The notes below the pieces were generated by a model. It saw nothing but the letters and a program-made list of their open reading frames with translations, did not search any database and was not told where the DNA came from. DNA of 26,799 nucleotides from Acidimicrobiales bacterium (GTDB lineage Bacteria; Actinomycetota; Acidimicrobiia; Acidimicrobiales; Palsa-688), in assembly GCA_035509995.1 (NCBI GenBank), contig DATKHZ010000234.1, forward strand, positions 1 to 26,799. Direction: 5' to 3'. Shown one piece after another: positions 1 through 8,555 of this stretch (its first letter is position 1; the number at the start of each line of letters is the position of its first letter). The position numbers and the translations under genes are program-made.

Positions 1-435
1 CAGTCCCGCCTCGGCGCCAACCTCCAGCTGAGGGCCGAGACGCTCCAAGCGCTGTCAGAGACTGTCGACGGGTACCGCGTGCTGACTGTTCCCGCCCACA
101 TGGCAACCAAAATCGCTGCGCTCTTGGATAGGCCGGACAGCCTGCCTGGCCGCAAAGACAGGCAAGAGATCATGGCCCTTCTAAACGACCCCGTTAGTCT
201 CGAAACGCACAATGTGATCGCTTTGTCGTCGGCGCGCAACCCAACCGACGTTCAGGCCCTTGTCAAGCAGGCGTTCGCATTCCTCCTTGAAGCCCGAGAG
301 CTCAATCAGCGAGACCGTTCGCGATTACGGCAGGTTGAGGTGAGCTGGCAACAAGTACTCGCCGCAATTATCGAGCGCGGGCTTGTGAGTGAGAACAGCC
401 CGGCGCAGGACAGGGCTCTCGGCCATGGTTTCTGA
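1..435 (+). CDS. 5'-truncated protein, probable nucleotidyltransferase-fold (AbiEii-like) C-terminal part
   Basis: Frame 1 is open from base 1 (QSRLGANLQLRAETLQ...) to TGA at 433-435, so the gene starts before the window. TKIAALLDRPDSLPGRKDRQEIMALL resembles the K-x-x-A...R...KD-x-x-(D/E) C-terminal motif of AbiEii-like nucleotidyltransferases. The N-terminal catalytic motif is not visible. Confidence 0.45.
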   Translation, partial: QSRLGANLQLRAETLQALSETVDGYRVLTVPAHMATKIAALLDRPDSLPGRKDRQEIMALLNDPVSLETHNVIALSSARNPTDVQALVKQAFAFLLEARELNQRDRSRLRQVEVSWQQVLAAIIERGLVSENSPAQDRALGHGF

Positions 436-512
436 GCCTCGACAACCGTCCTAATCTGGTCTGGAACTGAAGTCGTCTGCAATTGCTTTGCCGCCCGGTT
501 GCCACTGACTGC

Positions 513-568
513 TTGGACAGTTCGGCACCGTCTGGCAACAGGGTCCGATAGGTACCCCGAACTGTCAA
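513..568. repeat. Inverted repeat / hairpin
   Basis: GACAGTTCGG (516-525) and CCGAACTGTC (557-566) are exact reverse complements, extendable by 2-3 bp with one bulge. Confidence 0.55.
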
Positions 569-647
569 GTTCGCCTCCTTGGAGTGCTCCAGTCACCAAT
601 CGGTCCCTCTCAGCGCCGTACCCGCCGGTGAGGGGTCACCCGTCCGG

Positions 648-656
648 TGGTAAAAT
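648..656 (+). promoter_or_regulatory. Candidate extended -10 promoter for 692..1855
   Basis: TG-G-TAAAAT matches TGnTAnnnT and lies about 35 nt upstream of ATG 692. Confidence 0.45.
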
Positions 657-691
657 TCGTTGGTCAGAAGCGTAGAGGGTAGGACAGAGGC

Positions 692-1855
692 ATGCTGACG
701 AGATGGCGTGTGTTTTTCAGAGTCGGAGCCTCGGTAATGGTGTCGACTACGGCCATTACGTGCGCACCGGCGTTGCATGCTGATGCGTCGAGCGGTCGAG
801 CACCAACGGCAACGAACCCGATCACAGGTAAACCCCTCGATTTGCCGCCCGCTATGTATCTGGCAAACCCTATAGATACCGGCAGGCCAATAAACCCTTC
901 GCAAGCCAAGGAGGTCTTCGAGACCTTCTGGAAGGAGTGGCAGTCTGCGCTCTTAGAAAATAACACGGCAGCCCTTACCCAACTTATGGTACCCGGTCCA
1001 CTCCTACTAGGTCAGATCTACCATTGCGTGTGGCCCGGTGGAGGTTGCACCCTATTCACGAAACCACAGCCAATCAACGACGTCTTAGTAGCGGTACCAA
1101 GCATCCAGAACTCGTACCCGATAGATTTCGCCGTAGAGGTCCAGACGACTGACTATGCGGGCGGTACCGGGAAACCGGTCTTGTGGCCGTTTGTAGAGCT
1201 TCTCGTTTTGAGCAAGGCCCACCCGGCCTCGTCTTGGGCTCTCACCTTTGAGGACGCATACGGTGCCGAAGGGCACGTACCACCTCTTGTACCTATAGCT
1301 AGCGTGAACGGGTATAACGCCCCGTTTTCCGGCAGCACTGTCCCGGTGGGCTCGTTCCTTCCTCTTCTTGCGCAGTACTACCAAAGCTGGAAGGACACAG
1401 GTAAGCCGCCAGCTGCGAGCATCTTCGCAGAAAACGGGGATGCTTACCGCTGGGGCGAATACTTCGCTGAGTCACCTGAGGGAAACGTCTACCGGGAGAC
1501 GCGGCAAGACTATGACTTTACTGTCGATCAGGTCGCTGGCAAGTGGATATTCACAACGGCCGATGCACAACCTATTGTTTGTGGGACGCTTCTTGACACA
1601 AGTACTAATACGCCCGTCGTCAAGGGCGAGGAGTTAATTCAAAACCAGACTAGGACGAATTGGGGAATGCAGTTACCGCCGGGATTGTACAAGCAGGTTA
1701 TTACTAAAACGATCCATCCCACTTGCATAACGATCTTTCCCGGAAACCGCCTTGACAACTATGGTGAGGATCCCACCTACGACGTCGCCATCACCGGGGA
1801 CTTCGTAGCACCGTTACCCGTGTCGGTACCGGTCACGACGACTGCAGCCGCCTAG
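692..1855 (+). CDS. Secreted hypothetical protein (387 aa)
   Basis: Long ORF with an N-terminal Sec-type signal peptide ending ALHA/DA, a Pro-rich linker and a VPVTTTAAA tail. Sampled 60-nt lines are about 50% GC versus about 70% in the STAND gene. Confidence 0.8.
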   Translation: MLTRWRVFFRVGASVMVSTTAITCAPALHADASSGRAPTATNPITGKPLDLPPAMYLANPIDTGRPINPSQAKEVFETFWKEWQSALLENNTAALTQLMVPGPLLLGQIYHCVWPGGGCTLFTKPQPINDVLVAVPSIQNSYPIDFAVEVQTTDYAGGTGKPVLWPFVELLVLSKAHPASSWALTFEDAYGAEGHVPPLVPIASVNGYNAPFSGSTVPVGSFLPLLAQYYQSWKDTGKPPAASIFAENGDAYRWGEYFAESPEGNVYRETRQDYDFTVDQVAGKWIFTTADAQPIVCGTLLDTSTNTPVVKGEELIQNQTRTNWGMQLPPGLYKQVITKTIHPTCITIFPGNRLDNYGEDPTYDVAITGDFVAPLPVSVPVTTTAAA

Positions 1856-2109
1856 GTGCGACCGCGTTGGCCACGTGTCAGCTGGGCTGCAGCTCGACCG
1901 TCCGGCCGTTACGCGGTCCTAGTCATCGTCGGTCTGAGCTTGGACTAGATCTTGGTCTAGAACTGCTTCGGACTGCTGTTGTCTCCTACCGTCTGATGTC
2001 CGGTCGCAGCCGCTTCTACCAGCACTGTTGTGGTCTCTGGTGGTTGTCGTAGACGATTTGAAGCGTTCTACCTCTACTACGACATCTAGAACTTCGCTGT
2101 CGCCGGCGT

Positions 2110-2187
2110 AAGGCAAGCGTGGTACACCTCGAAACCCCTCCCCGCCGAAAGGAACGGTGAGGGTTCGAGGCAACCACGCTTGTCCTT
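2110..2187 (+). other. Long imperfect hairpin with GAAA tetraloop (candidate structured RNA)
   Basis: About 31 base pairs in 78 nt: AAGG/CCTT, CAAGCGTGGT/ACCACGCTTG, CCTCGAA/TTCGAGG, CCCTC/GAGGG, CCG/CGG, CC-GAAA-GG. Confidence 0.7.
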
Positions 2188-2545
2188 TCCAGTTCACGCT
2201 GATCGGGTACACCCCGATGGCAAGCTCGTCCAGCGGAGCAAGACGGTCAAGGGGAACCGGTGCGACGCCCAGACGGCACTGGCGAAGTTCGACACCGAGA
2301 CCAAGGCAGGCACTGTGGCAGCCTCCGGTGCCACCGCGAGAGCGACCCCGTTTTATCAGCTGCCATAATGCTTGTTGCCCTCACGGGCTGTCGGCGAGGC
2401 GAGCTGTGCGGGCTTAAATGGGGCAATGTGGGCCGGGACCGGATGGCACTGCACGTGCGGCGGGCGGCCAAACGCGCCGACGGCGGGGAGAAAATGATCG
2501 GAGCTACGAAGACCGACGCGACCCGCAAGTTGTCGATGGGGAGTG
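2180..2545 (+). pseudogene. Tyrosine integrase relic
   Basis: One frame gives an arm-binding-like N-terminus (PDGKLVQRSKTVKGNRCDAQTALAKF..E..AG). Another gives catalytic box I (LVALTGCRRGELCGLKW, then LHVRR...TKT). The core-binding domain and the HxxR/Tyr box are missing. Confidence 0.8.
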
Positions 2546-2743
2546 AAGAAAGACGATCGGGCAAGGTGAGCGCGGAACCGTCGTTCCGCGGCGCTCGCCA
2601 GCTCAGCCGAGGTCCAAACCAGCCACGCAAAACCGATCGTTCGGTGCTGTCTCGAACAAGGTTCCCGGTAGCTTGTTCAGCGCGCCACTGTTGGCGGGAG
2701 CTCGGTTGCGAGGCGATCGGGCGAGACGGGTATCCGCCACGTC

Positions 2744-4039
2744 TCACCCGTTGTGCCGGCCGTCAGCTCCGGTCGAAGCTCGCGTCCCACTTTCAGCGGC
2801 GCGCCGCCGTAGTAAATCGCGCTCTGGCGCGTTCTGGGCGAGTGCCGCACCGCGCCCGAAGGCAGCGGTGGCCTCGGCGTGTCGCCCGAGCTTTTCGAGC
2901 AGGTCGCCTCGCACGGCGTGTAGCAGGTGGTAGCGCTCGAGCGCCCCCAGTTCGATGAGCTGGTCGACGAGCGGCAGTGCGGCAGCCGGGCCAGACGCCA
3001 TCGAGATAGCGACGGCTCGGTTGAGCTCGACGATCGGCGACGGCATGGCCGAGGCGAGCGCGTCGTAGAGCGCTACCACCTCGGCCCAGTCAGTTTCTTC
3101 AGGACGAAAAGCGCGGGCGTGGCATAGGGCGATCGCTGCCTGGAGGGCGTAAGGGCCTCGTGTGCGGCGAAGCTCGTCGGCTCGTTGCAGGGCCGCCTCG
3201 CCGCGGGCGATGAGGAGGTTGTCCCACCTTCGCCGGTCCTGGTCGGCGAGCACGACCACCGCGCCCCCGGGGCCGACCCGGGCACGCAGGCGGGACGAGT
3301 TAAGCTCCATCAGCGCGACGAGCCCGTGGACTTCGGCTTCATCGGGGACGATCGCGGCGAGGATGCGCCCGAGGCGCAGCGCTTCGGCGCACAGCTCGGG
3401 GCGCAGCCAGTCCTCGCCGGCGGTCGCGGAGTAGCCCTCGTTGAAGATCAGGTAGATGACCTCGAGCACCGAAGCGAGGCGGCCCGCACGATCCTCACCT
3501 TCGGGGACCTCGAAGCGGACGCTCGCCTTGGCGATCGACCGCTTCGCCCGCACGATGCGCTGGGCGACTGTCGGCTCGGGCACGACATAAGCGCGCGCGA
3601 TCTCTGCTGTGGTGAGCCCCCCGACGAGGCGCAGCGTAAGCGCGACCCGTGAGACCAGCGGCAGGAGCGGGTGGCAGGCGACGAAGATGAGGCGCAGCCG
3701 ATCGTCGTCCAGGGGCTCGTTGTCGGCGTTGGGCGTTTCAGCGGTGTTCGTGCCGTCCAGCTCGAGCGCCCGCCCGAGCTGCGCGTACTTTTCAGCCAAC
3801 GTGCGGTCACGTCGGAAACGGTCGATCGCGTTGCGCTTGCCGACGGCCGTCAGCCAGGCGCCGGGGTTGGCCGGGACGCCGTCTCGCGGCCACTGGCGTA
3901 ACGCATCAACGAGCGCTTCTTGTGCCAGCTCTTCGGCGAGACCGAGGTCGTTCGTCATCCGTGCCAGCGTGGCGACGACACGTGGGAACTCCATCCGGAA
4001 GACAGTCTCGACCGCTGTAGTCGAATCGGCGACCTGCAC
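2744..4039 (-). CDS. ECF sigma-70 factor with long C-terminal TPR-like extension (ECF42-like)
   Basis: Region 2 (DLGLAEELAQEAL, NPGAWL), region 4 (LTTAEIARAY..PEPTVAQRIVRAK), extension with VIYLIFNEGY and YALQAAIA, and an adjacent upstream DGPF gene. Confidence 0.92.
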   Translation of the reverse strand: MQVADSTTAVETVFRMEFPRVVATLARMTNDLGLAEELAQEALVDALRQWPRDGVPANPGAWLTAVGKRNAIDRFRRDRTLAEKYAQLGRALELDGTNTAETPNADNEPLDDDRLRLIFVACHPLLPLVSRVALTLRLVGGLTTAEIARAYVVPEPTVAQRIVRAKRSIAKASVRFEVPEGEDRAGRLASVLEVIYLIFNEGYSATAGEDWLRPELCAEALRLGRILAAIVPDEAEVHGLVALMELNSSRLRARVGPGGAVVVLADQDRRRWDNLLIARGEAALQRADELRRTRGPYALQAAIALCHARAFRPEETDWAEVVALYDALASAMPSPIVELNRAVAISMASGPAAALPLVDQLIELGALERYHLLHAVRGDLLEKLGRHAEATAAFGRGAALAQNAPERDLLRRRAAESGTRASTGADGRHNG

Positions 4040-4075
4040 GGCGCCGATTCAACCACAGCCGATCGATGTTGCTCT

Positions 4076-4417
4076 TTAGACGGAGACTGGACGCACCCGT
4101 ACCTCGCCTGCGCCGAGCACGGCTAGAAACCGCCTCGACCACTCGACTGCTTCTGCCAGGTCTCGGCACTCCATCAGTGCCCAGCCGCCGACGATCTCCT
4201 TCGCCTCGACGAACGGGCCGTCGACGACCGTGTAGCTGCCGTCCTTGAGGGTGATCTTGGCGCCGGCCGAAGTCGGCGCAATTCCGCCGGTGGCAACGAT
4301 GACGCCGGCTTTGGTGGCCTCTTCAACGAAGTGCCCCATCCGCTCGTACAGCTCGGGCGAGGGAGGCTCGGCCGGCAAAGCGGACTCGTCCGCCAGGGTG
4401 TACCCGAGGAAACGCAT
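4076..4417 (-). CDS. YciI/DGPF-family protein
   Basis: DGPFVEAKEIVGGW motif; AAGGAG Shine-Dalgarno; directly upstream of the ECF42-like sigma gene. Confidence 0.93.
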   Translation of the reverse strand: MRFLGYTLADESALPAEPPSPELYERMGHFVEEATKAGVIVATGGIAPTSAGAKITLKDGSYTVVDGPFVEAKEIVGGWALMECRDLAEAVEWSRRFLAVLGAGEVRVRPVSV

Positions 4418-4471
4418 GCTCTAACTCTCCTTTTGTGACGGTGAGGCGCTCCTCGCCCCACTCTCCAAGGC

Positions 4472-4498
4472 GTCGAACGGGCTACGACAGGATCGACA
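4472..4498 (-). promoter_or_regulatory. ECF42-type promoter for the DGPF-sigma operon
   Basis: Minus strand reads TGTCGA-17 nt-CGAC, about 55 nt upstream of the DGPF start. This matches the ECF42 consensus as I recall it (-35 TGTCGA, -10 CG(A/T)C). Confidence 0.65.
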
Positions 4499-5025
4499 CA
4501 CAGGAGCGATTTTTCTTCCCCATCGTGACGACCCGTGGATGGCGCTCAGATCAGCCATTGGATGTCCCGCTTCTGGGACGCTCTGTGCCCCGCCAGCTGC
4601 TCCGTCGACGGTCCCAGCGTCTATCGCCGACAGCTGATAGACGGGCCTCGGTCGACAACCTTCCCAGACTTGCGTGTCCATCGAGCTGTTCTCGCCCCAA
4701 TGCACAGCACGCCTTCTGGTCGCGGTCGGGAAGGCCCCAACTCCTACTGCGAGACGAGATTTTGGGCCATCTTGCAGCTCGGGAGGGAACGTCGAAGGGA
4801 GCAACGTGCGCGGTCCCCCGACCCGTGCTCTCAGCGTTGGAAGCAGAACGGCCATAAACGACGAACATTCTGTCGCGCAACTCGGCACGCTTTGATGAGC
4901 GCTGCACCGTCGTTCGGCATTCGGCGGCACCATTAGGGCCCAACTCAACGAACCAAGCAATCTAGGCAATTCTGCCGTCCAGCGAGGGCGGAAGCACCTC
5001 CAGCATTGCAGCTTCAAGACGAGGT

Positions 5026-5601
5026 TCATGCGCGTTCGGAGAGGTACTGGTGAACGGCGGCAGTGGTGCGGTCGAGGTCGTCGGTGGCGAGAAGGTCGAG
5101 CAGCGAACCTCTGAGCACTGCAAGTGCCAGGCTGCACTCGGCGGCTCCAGCGGCGGTCCATCGGCCGTTCCGGGGTTGGCCTGTGGCGAGGACACCAAGC
5201 CAGTCCTCGACCGTCTGGCGAGCGAAACCGGCCCAGGGCCCGTCGGGATCTGTGAGCGAACGAACGTAAGCTTGTGCCCACAGGGTCAGTAGCGCTCGGT
5301 GTTCCCCGGCGGCCAGCCATCGCCATGTTGTCCTGACGATGTCGGGCAAGTCACCAGGCCTCCCGTCGCGGCGGGCACTGTCCAACAAGGCAATCTCGTC
5401 GGCACGGGCGCGCGCGAGCAGGGCACGCACGAGCCCGTCTTTGGAGCCGAACAGGAACAACAGCACGCGCGGGCTAGAGCCGATCGACTCAGCTAGAGGT
5501 CGGAGCGACAGGTCAGATAGGCCGCGTTGGAGAACATACTGGTATGCGAGCTCGAGGAGCTCGCTTTGGCGGGGAGAAGGGGCTCGTGTTGGCTCGTTCA
5601 C
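5026..5601 (-). CDS. TetR-family transcriptional regulator
   Basis: N-terminal HTH (ELLELAYQYVLQRGLSDLSLRPLAESIGSSPRVLLFLFGSKDGL); 191 aa; GTG start. Confidence 0.92.
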   Translation of the reverse strand: MNEPTRAPSPRQSELLELAYQYVLQRGLSDLSLRPLAESIGSSPRVLLFLFGSKDGLVRALLARARADEIALLDSARRDGRPGDLPDIVRTTWRWLAAGEHRALLTLWAQAYVRSLTDPDGPWAGFARQTVEDWLGVLATGQPRNGRWTAAGAAECSLALAVLRGSLLDLLATDDLDRTTAAVHQYLSERA

Positions 5602-5615
5602 AGCGCTAGTCTGTC

Positions 5616-5635
5616 ACTGAAACGACTGTGTCAGT
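5616..5635. promoter_or_regulatory. Candidate TetR operator in the divergent TetR/GNAT gap
   Basis: Imperfect 20-bp palindrome ACTGAAACGA/CTGTGTCAGT (7 of 10 pairs) in a 46-bp divergent intergenic region. Confidence 0.45.
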
Positions 5636-5647
5636 AGGAGGGGGCGT

Positions 5648-6139
5648 GTGATGGGCCAAGCGCTGGTACGGCCGTTGGGACGGCCTGGGGACCTGGGCTG
5701 GGTGGTCATGGCACATGGGGAGGTGTACGACGAGGAGTTCGGTTGGGACGCCAGTTTCGAGGCGCTCGTGGCCAGGATCGTCGCCGATTACGCCAACCAC
5801 CACGACCCGGTCCGCGAGGCGGCTTGGCTCGCTGAACTGGACGGGGCCCGTGTCGGGTGCGTGTTCTGCGTCGCCGCGGACGATACGACCGCCCAGTTGC
5901 GGATCTTGCTTGTCCATCCGTCCGCCCGAGGCCATCAAATCGGAGGTCGGCTGGTGGACGAATGCGTGGCTTTCGCCCGCCGTGCCGGCTACAGGCGCAT
6001 GAAGCTGTGGACCAACCACCCGCTCGTTGCCGCCCGGAGGGTCTACTTGTCGCGCGGTTTCGTCTTGGAGGCTGAGGAGCCACATCACAGTTTCGGCGTC
6101 GACCTCGTCGGACAGGTCTACGAACTCGAACTGGCATAG
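5648..6139 (+). CDS. GNAT-family N-acetyltransferase
   Basis: Motif A (LRILLVHPSARGHQIGGRLV), motif B (LWTNHPLVAARRVYLSRGF); GGAGG Shine-Dalgarno. Confidence 0.92.
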   Translation: MMGQALVRPLGRPGDLGWVVMAHGEVYDEEFGWDASFEALVARIVADYANHHDPVREAAWLAELDGARVGCVFCVAADDTTAQLRILLVHPSARGHQIGGRLVDECVAFARRAGYRRMKLWTNHPLVAARRVYLSRGFVLEAEEPHHSFGVDLVGQVYELELA

Positions 6140-6399
6140 GAGGCCATGCCAAGACCCGGATTTTCGGTCGCCCATCGGGAGGCGGTACGGGCCAGCGCAT
6201 ATCCCGTCTGATCCCGTGCTCATCGCGATCTGCCATGTCGTGTACGCGCTTGGCGCCACACCACGTGTTTCAGTGCCCCGGTCGCGTGCTGATTCGAACG
6301 CCAGCCCTGGCTTCGCCGACGGTGCCTGTCAGCGACGTCTCGAGCAACGGGTGCCGCAGCCGGCGATCGGACCTTGTACCAAGGCCGTGCCGGGCCCGT

Positions 6400-6862
6400 G
6401 TGAGCGACACCATGTTTGAGCGTTGCGCCTGGCGGCGACCGTTCTTGACCGTGCGGTTCTCACCCGCGTCGTGTTCGACGACTGCCGCCTTTCCGGAGCG
6501 GACCTGTCCGGGTCACGGCTGGTCGATGTCTGGTTCCGGGAGTGCCGGCTGGCAGACGCCAGCCTGCGCATGACCTCGGGCAATCGCCAGCGCTTCGAGC
6601 ACTGCGACCTGGGCATCCTTGATTTGTACGCGGCCCAGCTCCCCGGTGCGTGTTTTTTGACTCAAACCTCACAGGCGCCCAGCTGTCGCAAGCGACATTG
6701 ACAGAGGCTCGTCTGCACGGCTCGAGCTTTGACAGCCTGCGAGGGGCCGGCGCTCTAAGGGGGACCACGATCAGCTCGGCCCAGATCCTGCTAGTAGCCC
6801 TTCACGTCTTGGCCGTGATGGAAATAACTGTAGATGACGAGCGCGAACCGCCATCGCGCTGA
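6400..6862 (+). pseudogene. Pentapeptide-repeat protein (MfpA/Qnr-like fold) split by two frameshifts
   Basis: The pieces SDTMFERC, RLAATVLDRAVLTRVVFDDCRLSGADLSGSRLV...PGACF and FDSNLTGAQLSQATLTEARLHGSSF join into a continuous pentapeptide repeat if one base is restored near 6426 and one T in the T6 run at 6653-6658. The true 5' end is unclear. Confidence 0.8.
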
Positions 6863-7166
6863 GTCGGCTTGTCCTCGGCGCCGTCAGCGAATACCTGATC
6901 TGACTAAAATCTGGCATGTGCGCTCGAGTAACTGGCTCGGGATTGGGTGTTATGTCGGTCTTCTCCAGCTTCGGTGGGCGAGCCCGAACTGATCGATCGG
7001 TCGCGGCGGGGGGACACCCCGGCGGTGGCAAGGCGAGGGCATAGCGGGGCAATCGGATCCCTTACAGGCGGGGGCTGAATCACACGCGGCGGGGGGAATC
7101 GGAGTGGGGGAGGGTTTCGAGAGCCCACAGCCTTAGGGAGTTCGGCGTCCCCGCTCACCGGCACCC

Positions 7167-7175
7167 TGCTAAATT
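7167..7175 (+). promoter_or_regulatory. Candidate extended -10 promoter for 7209..8258
   Basis: TG-C-TAAATT about 34 nt upstream of the TTG start; GGAGG at 7200-7204. Confidence 0.4.
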
Positions 7176-7208
7176 GCCGCGCACATCGTAGAACGGGAAG
7201 GAGGCAAG

Positions 7209-8258
7209 TTGCCCGCGGTTGCCCACTGCCTCCCTTCGTCCTCCGTCCCCGCTCGGGCCACCAAGCGTTCACGTCCTGGTCTGGGCACTGGTGCCGCCCT
7301 GGTTGTCGGGATCCTGGCCAGCACCGGCTTGGGTACTTCGCCAGCAGCAGCCGTGACAACCTCAGCATCGCTCAGTGCCGGCGGATCTGCACCCGGTACG
7401 ATCTTCGTGGCAAATGGGGGTGCGGCCCAAAACGGCACAGGCCCAGGCTCTGTCACCTTGTACCGGCCCGGCGCGACCGGCGACGCACGCCCGGAAACAA
7501 TAATCACCGAGGGGATAGATGAACCCGGTGGCCTCACCTTTGATGCTTCGGGAGATCTTTGGGTGGGCCAACAGGTGGGCAACATCGTCGAGTACAGCAG
7601 GGCCGAGCTCGCTAAGGCGTCCCCGGTCCCGACCCGGAGCCTCTCCGAGGTAGGGGGCGGTCTCGCCTTTGACTCCTCGGGGAACCTATGGGTGGCGACC
7701 GCGTCGTCAGAGGTTGTCGAGTTCACCAAGGCCGAGATAGCCAGGTCGGGCTCCCCACTTCCCGTGCGCACTCTTTTCGACGACTGCAGCGTGGGTTCCG
7801 ACGCCCATGGGGACGTGTGGGAGGGCAGCCAGTTTGACACCGTGGCCGAGTTCACCAAGGCACAGCTAGCCAAGTCGGGCTCAGCGTCCCCCGCGGTGGT
7901 GGTCACCTCGACCGACCTGAACGGTCCCTGCAGGCCCGCCTTCGACGGCTCCGGTGACCTGTGGGCCGGGAACTACAACTCCAACACGGTGGTCGAGTTC
8001 ACCAAGGCGGAACTAGCCAAGTCGGGCTCGCCGGCCCCAAAGGTCGTCATTTCCTCCTCGAGCTACGCCGCCCCGGGCGACGTGGCTGTCAGCTCCTCAG
8101 GCGACTTGTGGGTCCCCTACTTCGGCGACGCAGGCGGGGCGGTGGCCGAGTTCACCAAGGTACAACTTGCCAGGTCGGGCTCGCCGAAGCCCGCTGTGAC
8201 GATCGCAGGCCCGGACACCGGGCTGAACAACCCTTGGGCGGTCGCCATCGAACCCTAG
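7209..8258 (+). CDS. Secreted six-bladed beta-propeller (NHL/Vgb-like repeats), paralog 1
   Basis: Signal peptide ending SPAAA. Five repeats of (A/T)FDxSGDLW...VxEFTKAxLAxSGSPxP, plus a terminal PWAVAIEP that could close the ring with the N-terminal TIFVAN strand. Confidence 0.88.
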   Translation: MPAVAHCLPSSSVPARATKRSRPGLGTGAALVVGILASTGLGTSPAAAVTTSASLSAGGSAPGTIFVANGGAAQNGTGPGSVTLYRPGATGDARPETIITEGIDEPGGLTFDASGDLWVGQQVGNIVEYSRAELAKASPVPTRSLSEVGGGLAFDSSGNLWVATASSEVVEFTKAEIARSGSPLPVRTLFDDCSVGSDAHGDVWEGSQFDTVAEFTKAQLAKSGSASPAVVVTSTDLNGPCRPAFDGSGDLWAGNYNSNTVVEFTKAELAKSGSPAPKVVISSSSYAAPGDVAVSSSGDLWVPYFGDAGGAVAEFTKVQLARSGSPKPAVTIAGPDTGLNNPWAVAIEP

Positions 8259-8282
8259 CGGCTAAATGGGCCACGATGTCTG

Positions 8283-8298
8283 CACACACACACACACA
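8283..8298. repeat. (CA)8 dinucleotide microsatellite
   Basis: CACACACACACACACA followed by GACACA in the intergenic region after 8258. Confidence 0.9.
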
Positions 8299-8555
8299 GA
8301 CACATTTTCACTCTTCCAGAGTTAAGCCTCACGGCTGGCGCCCGAAGGCCCAAGGCGCTACACCACGCGCACCGGTTCGGGCCGCTGCCGCCGTCCATGG
8401 CGGAGCACCGGCCTGCGGCCGGGCCCGGCGGCGCCGCGCCCCTCCAGGGGCGGCAACGCCTTGGCTCAGTTCCCTGCCCCTGGCGTTCGCATCGAGCGGG
8501 TGATAGCAATCGAGCCCAGGTACTTGTCAGTCGAGCAGACGTAGTGGAGGGGAAG

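Noticed and set aside
1861-2110. Possibility that this stretch is a mirrored (reversed or complemented) gene
   Set aside because: The reversed reading is stop-free but not protein-like, the complemented frames contain stops, and stop-free runs of this length are common at this GC.
2140-2160. CCGAAAGGAA resembling SRP RNA domain IV or group II intron domain V
   Set aside because: Lacks the CAGG/AGCAG internal loop of SRP and the AGC/CGC triad of domain V.
4421-5326. 301-aa minus-strand ORF and overlapping ORFs in the 4.4-5.0 kb gap
   Set aside because: Arg/Pro/Ser-rich with no motifs, and overlaps the TetR gene in another frame. The gap remains unexplained apart from the ECF42 promoter and a weak stem at 4605-4657.
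6885-6915. ACCTGATC resembling part of a TPP riboswitch
   Set aside because: No upstream CTGAGA element and no P1-P3 pairing.
6990-7140. c-di-AMP (ydaO) riboswitch-like pieces GCGGGGGGAC and GGGGCTGAATC; tmRNA-like GGGGCTGAA start
   Set aside because: The 3' CCCGAA..CC..CAGCTAAC half of ydaO is absent, there is no tRNA-like 3' end or tag ORF, and a better promoter lies downstream at 7167.
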